Of a DNA stretch of 33,909 bases, positions 8,084-16,614 are shown in pieces. The notes below the pieces were generated by a model, which ran no database searches, had not been told where the DNA came from, and saw only the letters and a program-made list of their open reading frames with translations. The position numbers were made by a program, and so were the translations under genes. Positions within the stretch are counted from its first letter, which is position 1. Every line of letters begins with the position of its first letter. The DNA comes from an uncultured Anaerolineaceae bacterium (GTDB lineage: Bacteria > Chloroflexota > Limnocylindria > Limnocylindrales > CSP1-4): the NCBI GenBank assembly GCA_964642085.1, contig CAZXLP010000001.1, positions 1 through 33,909 on the forward strand. The letters are read 5' to 3'.

Positions 8084-10012
8084 TCAAGCGTCGCGCACCG
8101 CGGGCAGGAGGGCTCCGATCAACCCGCCGACCACGGTCAGCGCGCCGAAACCAGCTATCACCAGGCCCGCAGGGACGCTCTCGGCCAGGATGCCCGACAC
8201 CGCCATCGCCAGCGTCATCGCCCCGAAGACCAGGCTGCCGCGGAAGGCCACCACGCGGCCCATCAGCTCGATCGGCGTCATCGCGATGAAGATCGTCTGG
8301 GTGGGAATGATGAAAACGAGGTTGGCGATCCCCATCGCCGCCGCCCCGGCCAGCGCGAGGAGCACGTTGTCAGTCAGACCGAGGACGATCGTGGCCAATC
8401 CCATGGCGACGAAGCCACCGACCACCAGCCAGCCCTTGCGAAGCCGGGCACCGAGTGCCCCAACCACCAGGCCGCCGACTAGGTTGCCGATGCCGATAGC
8501 GGTTTCGATAGCGGCGAAGTTCTGCGGGTAGGGGATAAATCGGCCGTCCAGGACGTCCCTGGCGTAGACCACGGTCAGCGCCAGCGTCACACCGACGGTC
8601 ATCTGGGCCACAGCGCTGATAAGCGTGTTCTGGATCAGCGCCGGCTTGCCGCGCAGGAAGCGCCAGCCTTCAGCGAGCTCGTTCGCGAATGTGCGGACTG
8701 CGTTACCCACCCGCGGCGCCTGCGAGCGCACCAGCGGTGCGACTGCGATGCCGGCGAGCAGCAGGGCCGAGAGGACGTAGGTTGCCGAGTCGGCGAAGAA
8801 TGCCAGCCCCAGATCCGCTGCTCCGACGCCCAGGAAGGCGATGAACAACCCCGCTAGGGGGAAGCCGATGATGTCGGCGAGCGTGTCCGCCGTCCACGTC
8901 GCGCTGCTGGCGGCCATGACGTCGTCCTCGCGAACGATGCGCGGCAGCATCGCCGTCTTGGCCGGGCGGAAGAAGAGGCTGACCGTCGTGATCAGGAAGA
9001 CGAGTGGGTAGACCAGCACGACGTTGGTCATGGCCGCGAACGGGATCACCAGCACGAGCACGGCGCGGATCAGGTCGCTCGCGATGAGGACGTGCTTGTG
9101 CTCCCAGCGATCGACGAACGTGCCCGCGATGGGCCCAAGAAATATGTTTGGCAGGGTCGCGGCAAGGAAGACGAGGCCGGTCGCAAGCGGCGAGTTGGTG
9201 ATCGCGTAGACGAGGACGCCGAGTGCGACCTGGTGGAGCCGATCGCCGAACAGGCTGATCGTCTGGGCCAGCCAGAACGCGGCGAAGCGCGCGTCGAGCG
9301 CGAGGCGGATGTACGGGTGGCCGCGGACCCGCGCGCCAAGGGGGATCGGGGTGGGGATCCCTGCACCGCGCACGCCACCCAGGACGACCGGTCGATCGAA
9401 GCCGACGCCGGCTTCCGCCCCGAGCCGTCGGCCCGGGCCGAGACTGATGCCGACCTCTGGATCTTCCTTCCCCCGCACCAACGTACTGAACACGAACCAG
9501 CCGAGGCCGGCGCCAATGAAAACGTCCCCAATGCTGGCGACATTGGTCAGAATCGGGATGGGTAGCGGGATGATGTCGGCGATAGGTCCGGCGCGCAGAA
9601 AGAACTCCAGCCCGAAGTCCTGTGGCAGCAGGCGATGGAAGGCGGCGTTCAGCTCTTCCGTGCCCAGCCCGGCATAGGTGAGAGCAGGTGGCCATACCGG
9701 CATCCAGCCGCCGTTGACGACGATTGCCAAGCCGTTCGAGGCTGCCCCCACGGCGACCGCGAGCAGCCCGGGATGGTTGCGGTTCGGCCACAGGCCAGCA
9801 ATCAGGAGCCCGAAGGCCCCGGCGTACAACGGCAGCCGCAGCGCATCCGCGATCTCCACGCCGTTGGCGATGGCTACCTGGGTGCCGACGCGCAGCGCCA
9901 GGGCGAGGAAGATCAGCCCCACCCAGCGCAGCCGGACGTCTATCAACCGGCCGATTTGCCCGCCTGCTATCAGGCCAGCGACAAGGCCCAGGACAAGCCC
10001 GATGACGATCAC
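8084..10012 (-). CDS. fusion protein: N-terminal small membrane module (DUF5317-like) + MFS transporter
   Basis: 642-aa ORF, GTG 10012. Residues ~1-180 form a 4-5 TM module resembling DUF5317-type proteins (from memory, not searched). A Gly/Pro-rich linker of ~55 aa follows. Residues ~235-642 are a 12-TM MFS (FAAFWLAQTISLFGDRLHQVAL, FVDRWEHK). Confidence 0.75.
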   Translation of the reverse strand: MIVIGLVLGLVAGLIAGGQIGRLIDVRLRWVGLIFLALALRVGTQVAIANGVEIADALRLPLYAGAFGLLIAGLWPNRNHPGLLAVAVGAASNGLAIVVNGGWMPVWPPALTYAGLGTEELNAAFHRLLPQDFGLEFFLRAGPIADIIPLPIPILTNVASIGDVFIGAGLGWFVFSTLVRGKEDPEVGISLGPGRRLGAEAGVGFDRPVVLGGVRGAGIPTPIPLGARVRGHPYIRLALDARFAAFWLAQTISLFGDRLHQVALGVLVYAITNSPLATGLVFLAATLPNIFLGPIAGTFVDRWEHKHVLIASDLIRAVLVLVIPFAAMTNVVLVYPLVFLITTVSLFFRPAKTAMLPRIVREDDVMAASSATWTADTLADIIGFPLAGLFIAFLGVGAADLGLAFFADSATYVLSALLLAGIAVAPLVRSQAPRVGNAVRTFANELAEGWRFLRGKPALIQNTLISAVAQMTVGVTLALTVVYARDVLDGRFIPYPQNFAAIETAIGIGNLVGGLVVGALGARLRKGWLVVGGFVAMGLATIVLGLTDNVLLALAGAAAMGIANLVFIIPTQTIFIAMTPIELMGRVVAFRGSLVFGAMTLAMAVSGILAESVPAGLVIAGFGALTVVGGLIGALLPAVRDA

Positions 10013-10097
10013 GGCCGCCTGCCTTTAGTCACGCCCCCTCCTCAGCGCACACCTCGTGACCGTACCTGTTTGGAAGCTGCGCGGGGCAGCGGCCTGA

Positions 10098-11459
10098 TCA
10101 GGCGGTAAGGGCTTCTCGCTCACCAAGGCGCGGAATGTGGCGCTCTGTCAGGTGCTCGGGAATGTTCGGCTTTGCCCACGCAGGCCGGCGCGCGATTAGC
10201 CGCTCGAATGCCGCGACCACCTCGGGGTCGAACTGGATGCCGCTGAACTTGCGCAGTTCCTCGAGCGCCTGGCTCTCCGAAAGCGGAGTCATGCGGTACG
10301 GGCGGGCGGCTGTCATGGCCTCGAACGAGTCCGCGACGTGAAGAATGCGAGCCAGCTTCGGGATGTTGTGGCCCATGAGTCGGTGAGGGTAGCCGGAGCC
10401 GTTGAACCACTCGTGGTGATGCAGAATGATCGGCAGCTCGGGCGCCAGCTTCTCGACCGGCCGGATGATCTCCTCGCCCTTGACCGGATGCGTGTTCATG
10501 ACCGTCCGCTCTTCCTTGGTCAGCGAGCCCTGCTTGAGCAGGATCGCGTCGGGGATGCCGATCTTGCCGATGTCATGCAGCAGGCCGCCCCACTCGAGCG
10601 CCTCGAGCTCAGCGTCGGAGCAGCGCATCTCCCTGCCCAGGTCCTTGCCGATCCATTGCACGCGCACCGAGTGACCCGCGGTGTACGGATCCTTCGCGTC
10701 GACCGCCGACGCAAGACTCCGCACCGTCTGGGTGAACATGTCGCGGATCTCAACAACCTTCTTGTAGCCCGCCCGGGTCGCGTACAGCGGCACGGCGAAG
10801 GGCAGGATCCCGATCGGCCCCGCGACGACATACATGGCAGCCATCAACCACGCCAGCGGCGCCAATCCGGCGAGACTGACCCCAAACTGGCGGAGGTTGG
10901 CCGCCAACACTGCCAGTACAGGGCGTTCCTCTCGGACGGCCATAACTGCGGCCGCAAGGGCATTGTTAACAGCAAAGTAGGCCAAGCCCGCCAACAGCAC
11001 CACCACAAGTGACGCCGGCGAAGGGGTGAACGGTGTCGGCGCGCCAACAATGAGAATGGCACCCGCCAAGACGGCCGGAATCACAATTGAGGCGTGGTTG
11101 TAAACGGTGCCGTACCAAGGGATGCCGCCGCGCATCCGCAGAAGGCCCTTCAGCTCGCGACCATCCGTGGCCCCGATGAGCCCCACAATCACAGCGGCGC
11201 CAGGACCGCCCAGCACGGCGGCCGCGAGTATCGGGGCAATCGTGACATCGACCACGGCGCCGCCCGCCATGCGCACTGGTGCCGCAGCGCTGAGCACTAC
11301 GATCGCAACCCACAGCGCAAGCCCAGAGAACCCACCGATTTCCGGGCGCAAGGGCATACCCGCCACAGCCAGTACGCTCAAGACGAGCGCACCTAATGAA
11401 ACCGAAGTGATCAAGACCTTCAGCTTCATTTCGGCGTGCGGACGCTCGGCGGTCGCCAC
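10098..11459 (-). CDS. membrane-bound HD-GYP domain phosphodiesterase
   Basis: 453-aa ORF. About 230 aa of TM helices, then LHDIGKIGIP and HHHEWFNGSGYPHRL. Start is GTG 11459 or ATG 11429. Confidence 0.85.
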   Translation of the reverse strand: MATAERPHAEMKLKVLITSVSLGALVLSVLAVAGMPLRPEIGGFSGLALWVAIVVLSAAAPVRMAGGAVVDVTIAPILAAAVLGGPGAAVIVGLIGATDGRELKGLLRMRGGIPWYGTVYNHASIVIPAVLAGAILIVGAPTPFTPSPASLVVVLLAGLAYFAVNNALAAAVMAVREERPVLAVLAANLRQFGVSLAGLAPLAWLMAAMYVVAGPIGILPFAVPLYATRAGYKKVVEIRDMFTQTVRSLASAVDAKDPYTAGHSVRVQWIGKDLGREMRCSDAELEALEWGGLLHDIGKIGIPDAILLKQGSLTKEERTVMNTHPVKGEEIIRPVEKLAPELPIILHHHEWFNGSGYPHRLMGHNIPKLARILHVADSFEAMTAARPYRMTPLSESQALEELRKFSGIQFDPEVVAAFERLIARRPAWAKPNIPEHLTERHIPRLGEREALTA

Positions 11460-11466
11460 AAACTCA

Positions 11467-11497
11467 AGTATGGAGGCGCTGCTGGCGCCTCCATACT
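11467..11497 (-). terminator. perfect 13-bp stem / 5-nt loop hairpin (terminator or attenuator)
   Basis: agtatggaggcgc-tgctg-gcgcctccatact. On the minus strand it is followed by TGAGTTTG and then the HD-GYP start codon. Confidence 0.4.
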
Positions 11498-11528
11498 GGG
11501 CCTTAGGTACTACAAAACGGGTGGGCGG

Positions 11529-11618
11529 CTAGAACGGCCGGACGCCTGCTGAACCAGCGAATATCACCGCAAGCATCGTGGCGAAGAAGCCGACCCGCCT
11601 TAGGTTCAGGGTCAGCAT
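11529..11618 (-). CDS. possible 29-aa hydrophobic leader/small peptide
   Basis: ATG 11618 to TAG 11529 encodes MLTLNLRRVGFFATMLAVIFAGSAGVRPF. It ends ~30 nt before the hairpin. RBS is weak and I recognise no homology. Confidence 0.2.
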   Translation of the reverse strand: MLTLNLRRVGFFATMLAVIFAGSAGVRPF

Positions 11619-11788
11619 CTGTTGGTTACCAGCCTTTTACGCTCTTGTCGGACTGCATGTGCCCACTCCTTCTCGGCCCTGACGCTCAGAGCTACCTCTT
11701 GGCCTCTCCTTCTCCAACTGGACGGCAAGGCCTCTCCCGGTACGTGCGTACGAAGGTGAGTAGGACCATAGGGTTGTAGCGGCGGTCT

Positions 11789-11816
11789 CCCCAATAAGCA
11801 TCGTGGCTTATTGGGG
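11789..11816 (-). terminator. perfect 11-bp stem hairpin spanning the stop codon of the STAND regulator
   Basis: ccccaataagc-atcgtg-gcttattgggg. No U-tract. Confidence 0.3.
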
Positions 11817-14800
11817 AACGGGCAGCTCCGTTTCCCAGAGCTCGGTCATAGAGGGCGGATCCGCGCCGTCGGCTCGCTCTTGAGCCGCAAAATGGAGGTA
11901 TTGGGCAGTCGCGGCCGAGCGCGATCCCAGGCGCCAGTACAGCGCGATCAGTTTCCTCTCTAAGTCGCGTGCATCCGGGTCAGCCTCGAGCGCTCGTAGT
12001 GCCACGTCGCGCGCATCCGCAAACGCTTCGTCGTGGATCAGCGCAGTGACGACACCATGGGCGAACTCCAAGAACGCCACCTGTACTCGAGTCCGCCACG
12101 TAATTGCCCACTCGTCGTACTCAAACTCGGGAGCGAACTGTCCGTGGTAGCGATCCAGCAGAGCTAGGGCTGTGGAAGTGTCCGGGTCGCGACGAGCAAG
12201 CCTAAGAGCGCTTAGGAAATCGGCGCTTGTCACCCGGACGAGCTCTGGGTCGAGCCAAACGAGGTCTCCTTCAAACGGGATGTACTCGATCGACAGGTCG
12301 TCTTCGTACCACGGATCGATATCTCGACGAAGGAAATAGAGGGACTGGTTCAGACTATTGGCGGCACTCCCAGGATCATTCTCTGGCCAGAGTTCTTCGA
12401 GGACTTGCTCTCGCGTGGCGGTGAAGTTTGGTCTGGTGACCAAGTACATGAGGAGCGATGCAGGCTTGCGCCGCATGGCACTGAGCTCAGTCACGCGGTC
12501 ACCAACACGAAGCCTCACTCGACCAAGATCGAGCACTTCAAGCCTCGGACCAACTCGCTTGGCAAGCGATCGCCCTAGCTGACCAGTGATGCGGCCACGT
12601 CGGCTGTAGGTCTTCGCGTAAGCCCGCAGCCGCACGACGTCCTCGAATGCCCCAAATTCATCGAGCAAGAGAGCGGCGACTCGCGCCGAGGCGACGTCGC
12701 CACGCTCGAGTTGCCGCCGGAGTACCGGCAGCCACCTGTCAGGCCAATGTCGTATGGATTGCTCAAGCTCAGGCGGCATGGATGTGAGCAGATACAGCGA
12801 GCGGCCAATCGCGTCTGCGACCTCGAGGAGCGCGAGGTTGCCGACGGCTTGGGCGCTTGCAATCCCTTCCTTAAGTTGGACGCCATCTTCGTCCGCCATT
12901 GCCGCAACCAATGCCAACCGTATCTCCGGCGCGACTGCCATTTGGCCGCGGGCTTTGTGAGCTGCGCGATGCGCAATTTGAGAAGCGACGTCAGGTTCGC
13001 CGGCCATCAAGTGGGCGAGTGACAAGAGGGCGTCCTGTGCCAAGGAATCGCCGACATCGAGCGGGCGCTCGCGAGGCTGAGCCTCCATGTAATCAATAGA
13101 GCGTTTCGGAGCGGACGTCAGATGTAGGAAGGCACGCGCGATTGCAGACGTCGCATCAGCTTGGATGTCAGACAACCCCCTCCCACGCTGAATGTCAGCT
13201 CGGACCAGCATTTCCTCGGCACGCTGACGGCGTCCAATGAGGGCGAACAAGTACGCAAACTCGGCGTGCACATCTCCGTGCTCGCTCCCAGAGGCCAGGC
13301 CGAGCTCGATCTGTTGCTCTGCTCGGCCGGTCTCGCCGAGTTCCATCCAAGATGTCGCGAGCAGTGCATGCGTCGAGTAACGCTCTGAAGCGGGAAACGA
13401 AAGTTGGTCGTACTGATCCAACGCCCGCTCCCCCAGCCGAATCGCTTCGCTCGCATGACCGGCAACGAGCTCAGCGATCGCAGCGTTATGCAGACTGATG
13501 GCTGCGTAGTAGCTATGGCCCCCAGCCAGCTGGGAGCGCGACATTGCGACAAGTCGCTGAACAAGGCTAGGCACAGAGATCGGACTCGGCGCGAACGGGC
13601 TTGCGTCTAGGAACACCTGTGCGATGTCACGAAAGATTGCCGGTGTTTGACCGTCCGATCGGATTTCCTCAAGCGTCTTGAACAAAATAGACCGATCACC
13701 GAGGCGCCAGCCAAGTGAGAGTTTGGAGTAGCGGAAGACAGCGCGGACATCGGGCGGTGAGTTGGTGACGTCGACGTCAGCAAGTAGCGCGCCGGCGCCT
13801 GCCAGATCCCCTTCCTCGATCAGGCGGCGGGCCCGGATCGCGGCTACGGCTGGATCCGCTGGCACCCCATCAAGGCGGTCGATCAGAGAGGACGCCACGC
13901 CCCACTGACCGGAACCCATCGTGAGCATCACGGAGCGTCCGAGGCACCGCATCGCCTCCGTTTGGTCACCGGCCTCGATGTAGTGGCGGCTTGCAATGAG
14001 TGGTTCTGCCTCGGCGACCGCACGGGCAAGGGCCAAGTGCATGGCGCGGATCGCGTCCGCGGAGTGGCGCTGGGCAAGTGTTCGGAGAAGGAAATCGCGT
14101 AAGAGCGGATGGAGCTGACGCGCCTCGCTCGACTGGCTGGTTCTGCTCAGCAGCCCGAGCCGGTCGCTGTCGTCGATCCATCGGCGCGCTTGATCGCCAT
14201 CAGGCGCCAGGCCGCGGCGCTCAGCGAAAAGCGCCACGACGTGCGCGGCGACGATCCGATCGAGAAGGGCGACACGAACCAGAAATTCCTCAAGGTCGTC
14301 GGGCAGGTTATTGAGCACTTCTTGGGCCAGGAAGTCGTAAATCGGGCTTGTGGCGCCGGAGAGCGATTTGGCCAATGCTCGAATAGCGCTCGACGGACGG
14401 CCGCGGACAGATCCATGGAAGAGCTGAAGACTTGCGGCCCAGCCCTGGGTGCGTGTTCCGACATCCCGCAGGACGTCGGGATCGAGCGCCAGGCCGTACC
14501 CGTCCGCGAACAGGCGCTCCGTTTCGTTGCCGGTAAACCGGAGATCCTCGGTGGTGATCTCCACGACCTCACCCATCCCGGCGAGACGGGCGAGCTCCAG
14601 CGTTGGTCGACGACGAGAAGAGATAACGAAATGGAGCCAGGGCGGAGATTCCTTGATCAGGCGAGTGACGAAGTCCCGTGCCTCAGCGCTGTCATCTACG
14701 GCGTGGAAGTCGTCGAGGACGAGCACCGTAGGAGCCTCCCCCAGACGCGGAAGCTCGCCCAGCACGCTGGCTATGAACACGCTCTCCGGTGGGCCTCCCG

Positions 14801-15269
14801 GCGCAACCTGGCCAAGCAACGCCAGAGTGCTGCGCCCGAATTCTGGGTCAATCTCACGCGCGGCTGCGATCACATAGTTCGTCCAGGTGACCGGGTCGGC
14901 GTCAGTGGGATCGAGCTTGTACCAGAGGCAGCGCGCTGTGGCACGTGATGAGAAGTCCGCCAGCAGTGTGGTCTTCCCGTAGCCGGCTTCAGCGATGACG
15001 AGCGTGAGCCGAGACCCGACCGCGTCAGCCAGACGATCAAGTAATCGCTGGCGGGAGAGAGTGGAGCTACGAAGCGGTGGAGGCTGGATCTTCGAGCGGA
15101 TGACTGGAGCACGTTCGGAACGGACGCCGTCAATCGGTTGAGAAGATGGCAACTCCGACAGCGAAGATGGATGGCCGGGCGCCCGGGCAGACGTTGGTTG
15201 TGCCCGTGCAGTGCGAGACAAGGTGCGGGTCGGCTCGCTCACTGAGGCGACCGACGGGCGTCGGACCAT
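11808..15269 (-). CDS. large MalT-like STAND NTPase regulator with C-terminal SARP module (OmpR-type wHTH + BTAD)
   Basis: ORF 11808..15509 trimmed to ATG 15269, because the 5' extension overlaps the dodecin gene. Walker A VIAEAGYGKTTLLADF, Walker B VLVLDDFH, MalT-like LHPLLRDFLL, long helical/TPR-like region. The C-terminus matches the SARP wHTH (REQVLEELWP..SLNQSLYFLRR) and BTAD (LLDRYHGQFAPEF..DPDARDLERKLIALYWRLG). Confidence 0.8.
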   Translation of the reverse strand: MVRRPSVASVSEPTRTLSRTARAQPTSARAPGHPSSLSELPSSQPIDGVRSERAPVIRSKIQPPPLRSSTLSRQRLLDRLADAVGSRLTLVIAEAGYGKTTLLADFSSRATARCLWYKLDPTDADPVTWTNYVIAAAREIDPEFGRSTLALLGQVAPGGPPESVFIASVLGELPRLGEAPTVLVLDDFHAVDDSAEARDFVTRLIKESPPWLHFVISSRRRPTLELARLAGMGEVVEITTEDLRFTGNETERLFADGYGLALDPDVLRDVGTRTQGWAASLQLFHGSVRGRPSSAIRALAKSLSGATSPIYDFLAQEVLNNLPDDLEEFLVRVALLDRIVAAHVVALFAERRGLAPDGDQARRWIDDSDRLGLLSRTSQSSEARQLHPLLRDFLLRTLAQRHSADAIRAMHLALARAVAEAEPLIASRHYIEAGDQTEAMRCLGRSVMLTMGSGQWGVASSLIDRLDGVPADPAVAAIRARRLIEEGDLAGAGALLADVDVTNSPPDVRAVFRYSKLSLGWRLGDRSILFKTLEEIRSDGQTPAIFRDIAQVFLDASPFAPSPISVPSLVQRLVAMSRSQLAGGHSYYAAISLHNAAIAELVAGHASEAIRLGERALDQYDQLSFPASERYSTHALLATSWMELGETGRAEQQIELGLASGSEHGDVHAEFAYLFALIGRRQRAEEMLVRADIQRGRGLSDIQADATSAIARAFLHLTSAPKRSIDYMEAQPRERPLDVGDSLAQDALLSLAHLMAGEPDVASQIAHRAAHKARGQMAVAPEIRLALVAAMADEDGVQLKEGIASAQAVGNLALLEVADAIGRSLYLLTSMPPELEQSIRHWPDRWLPVLRRQLERGDVASARVAALLLDEFGAFEDVVRLRAYAKTYSRRGRITGQLGRSLAKRVGPRLEVLDLGRVRLRVGDRVTELSAMRRKPASLLMYLVTRPNFTATREQVLEELWPENDPGSAANSLNQSLYFLRRDIDPWYEDDLSIEYIPFEGDLVWLDPELVRVTSADFLSALRLARRDPDTSTALALLDRYHGQFAPEFEYDEWAITWRTRVQVAFLEFAHGVVTALIHDEAFADARDVALRALEADPDARDLERKLIALYWRLGSRSAATAQYLHFAAQERADGADPPSMTELWETELPVPQ

Positions 15270-15349
15270 ACCCGCATCATCGCGAGGGCTCCTTACTGGC
15301 GCCTTATCTATGGCTGTGGATAACTCCCCCGGACTGCCCTGGACCGACC

Positions 15350-15556
15350 CTAGCCGCCCTCGTACTCGAAGTGCAGCTTGAGCTCCACGCGGTACTCGAC
15401 GATCTCGCCGTTCTCCACGCGCGCGCTCGACTTCACGACCTCGATCTCGCGGATGTTGCGCACGGTTCGAGCCGCCGTGGTGACGGCCTGACGCGCGGCG
15501 TCGCTCCACGATTTCGGGCTCGTGCCGACCAGCTCACGGATGATGACCACGCCCAT
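15350..15556 (-). CDS. dodecin family (flavin-binding) protein
   Basis: 68-aa ORF. VVIIRELVGTSPKSWSDAARQAVTTAARTVRNIREIEVVKSSARVENGEIVEYRVELKLHFEYE matches the dodecin pattern as I recall it. Confidence 0.7.
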   Translation of the reverse strand: MGVVIIRELVGTSPKSWSDAARQAVTTAARTVRNIREIEVVKSSARVENGEIVEYRVELKLHFEYEGG

Positions 15557-15648
15557 CTCAATCTCCCCTGAGTGCCCTCGACCGGGGAGCGAGTGTACGC
15601 GCGCGAGTGCGAGGGAACCATCAGGTCAAGTGGACCGTCTGACGGCCC

Positions 15649-16614
15649 ATGTCGAGATTGACCTATCTGCCTTACCGTGCCCATCGTCCTGCTGCTCTCC
15701 TGACCCTTGCGCTGGCCGGGCTGGTAGCGGCCTGTAACTTCGGCCCTGGAGCTACGACTCCGCCGACCAGTCCACCGACCAATCCGCCAGGCCCAACCTC
15801 AACGCCGGGCCCGACGCCCACTCCTTCACCGACTCCCACCCCGAGCTTCAGGGACGACCAGATCGAGCACCCGACCGGCGCGAACGAGATCATCCTGCGC
15901 ATGGAGCAGGGTGGCGGCTTCGTCCCGTTCGGCTTCCTGGTCACGCAGGCGCCCCAGTTCACCCTGTACGGCGACGGAAGAGTCATCTTCCAGCAGGTCG
16001 ACACGCGTGGCGCCCCCTTCGGCGCCGCCTACCTGCCCTGGCTGGTTGGCCACCTCGACGAGGACGGCATCCAGGCGTTGCTCCAGTTCGCGCTGCAGAC
16101 CGGTCGGCTCGCGAACGCGAAGGACACCTACGACAACAACATGTGCGCCGACTGCGGGTCAACCACTTTCGTTGTGAACGCTGCCGGCATGGAGAAGGTG
16201 GTCAACATCTATGCGCTGATGGAGATTCCGGATCCGGGCCCCGATGGAGCCGATCGTGCCGGCTTCAGCAAGCTCGCTGCAGTCCTGAACAACTTCGAGA
16301 ACGAGACCGGGCTGGGCGACGTCACCGCCTACGAGCCTGAGCTCTACAAAGTCATCCTCCTCGAGGGCTCCGGCGAGCCTGTCGGCGCAGCGCTGGCATG
16401 GCCGTGGGACGACCTGACCGTGAGGGATTTCGTGATCGTCGGTGACGCGCAGGGCGGCGTGGCATTCCTCGACGCCGAGCACGTTTCCAAGCTGCTCGAG
16501 GTGCCGAACGGCGGCCATCCCGGCATCTGGGTCACGGACCCGGACGACAACTTCGTCCAGTTCGGCGTCCGCCCGCTGCTCCCCGACGAGCAGGCGACAG
16601 TCGAAGCCAGCTAG
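15649..16614 (+). CDS. hypothetical lipoprotein
   Basis: ATG 15649. Signal peptide with lipobox LVAAC, a Pro/Thr-rich linker, then a globular domain of unknown family. Confidence 0.65.
   Translation: MSRLTYLPYRAHRPAALLTLALAGLVAACNFGPGATTPPTSPPTNPPGPTSTPGPTPTPSPTPTPSFRDDQIEHPTGANEIILRMEQGGGFVPFGFLVTQAPQFTLYGDGRVIFQQVDTRGAPFGAAYLPWLVGHLDEDGIQALLQFALQTGRLANAKDTYDNNMCADCGSTTFVVNAAGMEKVVNIYALMEIPDPGPDGADRAGFSKLAAVLNNFENETGLGDVTAYEPELYKVILLEGSGEPVGAALAWPWDDLTVRDFVIVGDAQGGVAFLDAEHVSKLLEVPNGGHPGIWVTDPDDNFVQFGVRPLLPDEQATVEAS

Noticed and set aside
7451-8482. 343-aa plus-strand ORF, plus the 362-aa minus-strand ORF at 8703-9791
   Set aside because: Both translations are Arg/Pro/His-rich and overlap membrane-protein genes that have coherent TM patterns in another frame.
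11808-15269. Antiphage STAND (Avs-like) defence protein
   Set aside because: There is no N-terminal effector domain (nuclease, protease, TIR, etc.), and the C-terminus is a DNA-binding SARP module. A transcription regulator is the more economical reading.
15270-15509. 5' extension of the STAND regulator ORF to 15509 (1233 aa)
   Set aside because: It overlaps the dodecin gene (15350-15556) in another frame, and its translation is Arg/Gly-rich junk. The first plausible start is ATG 15269.
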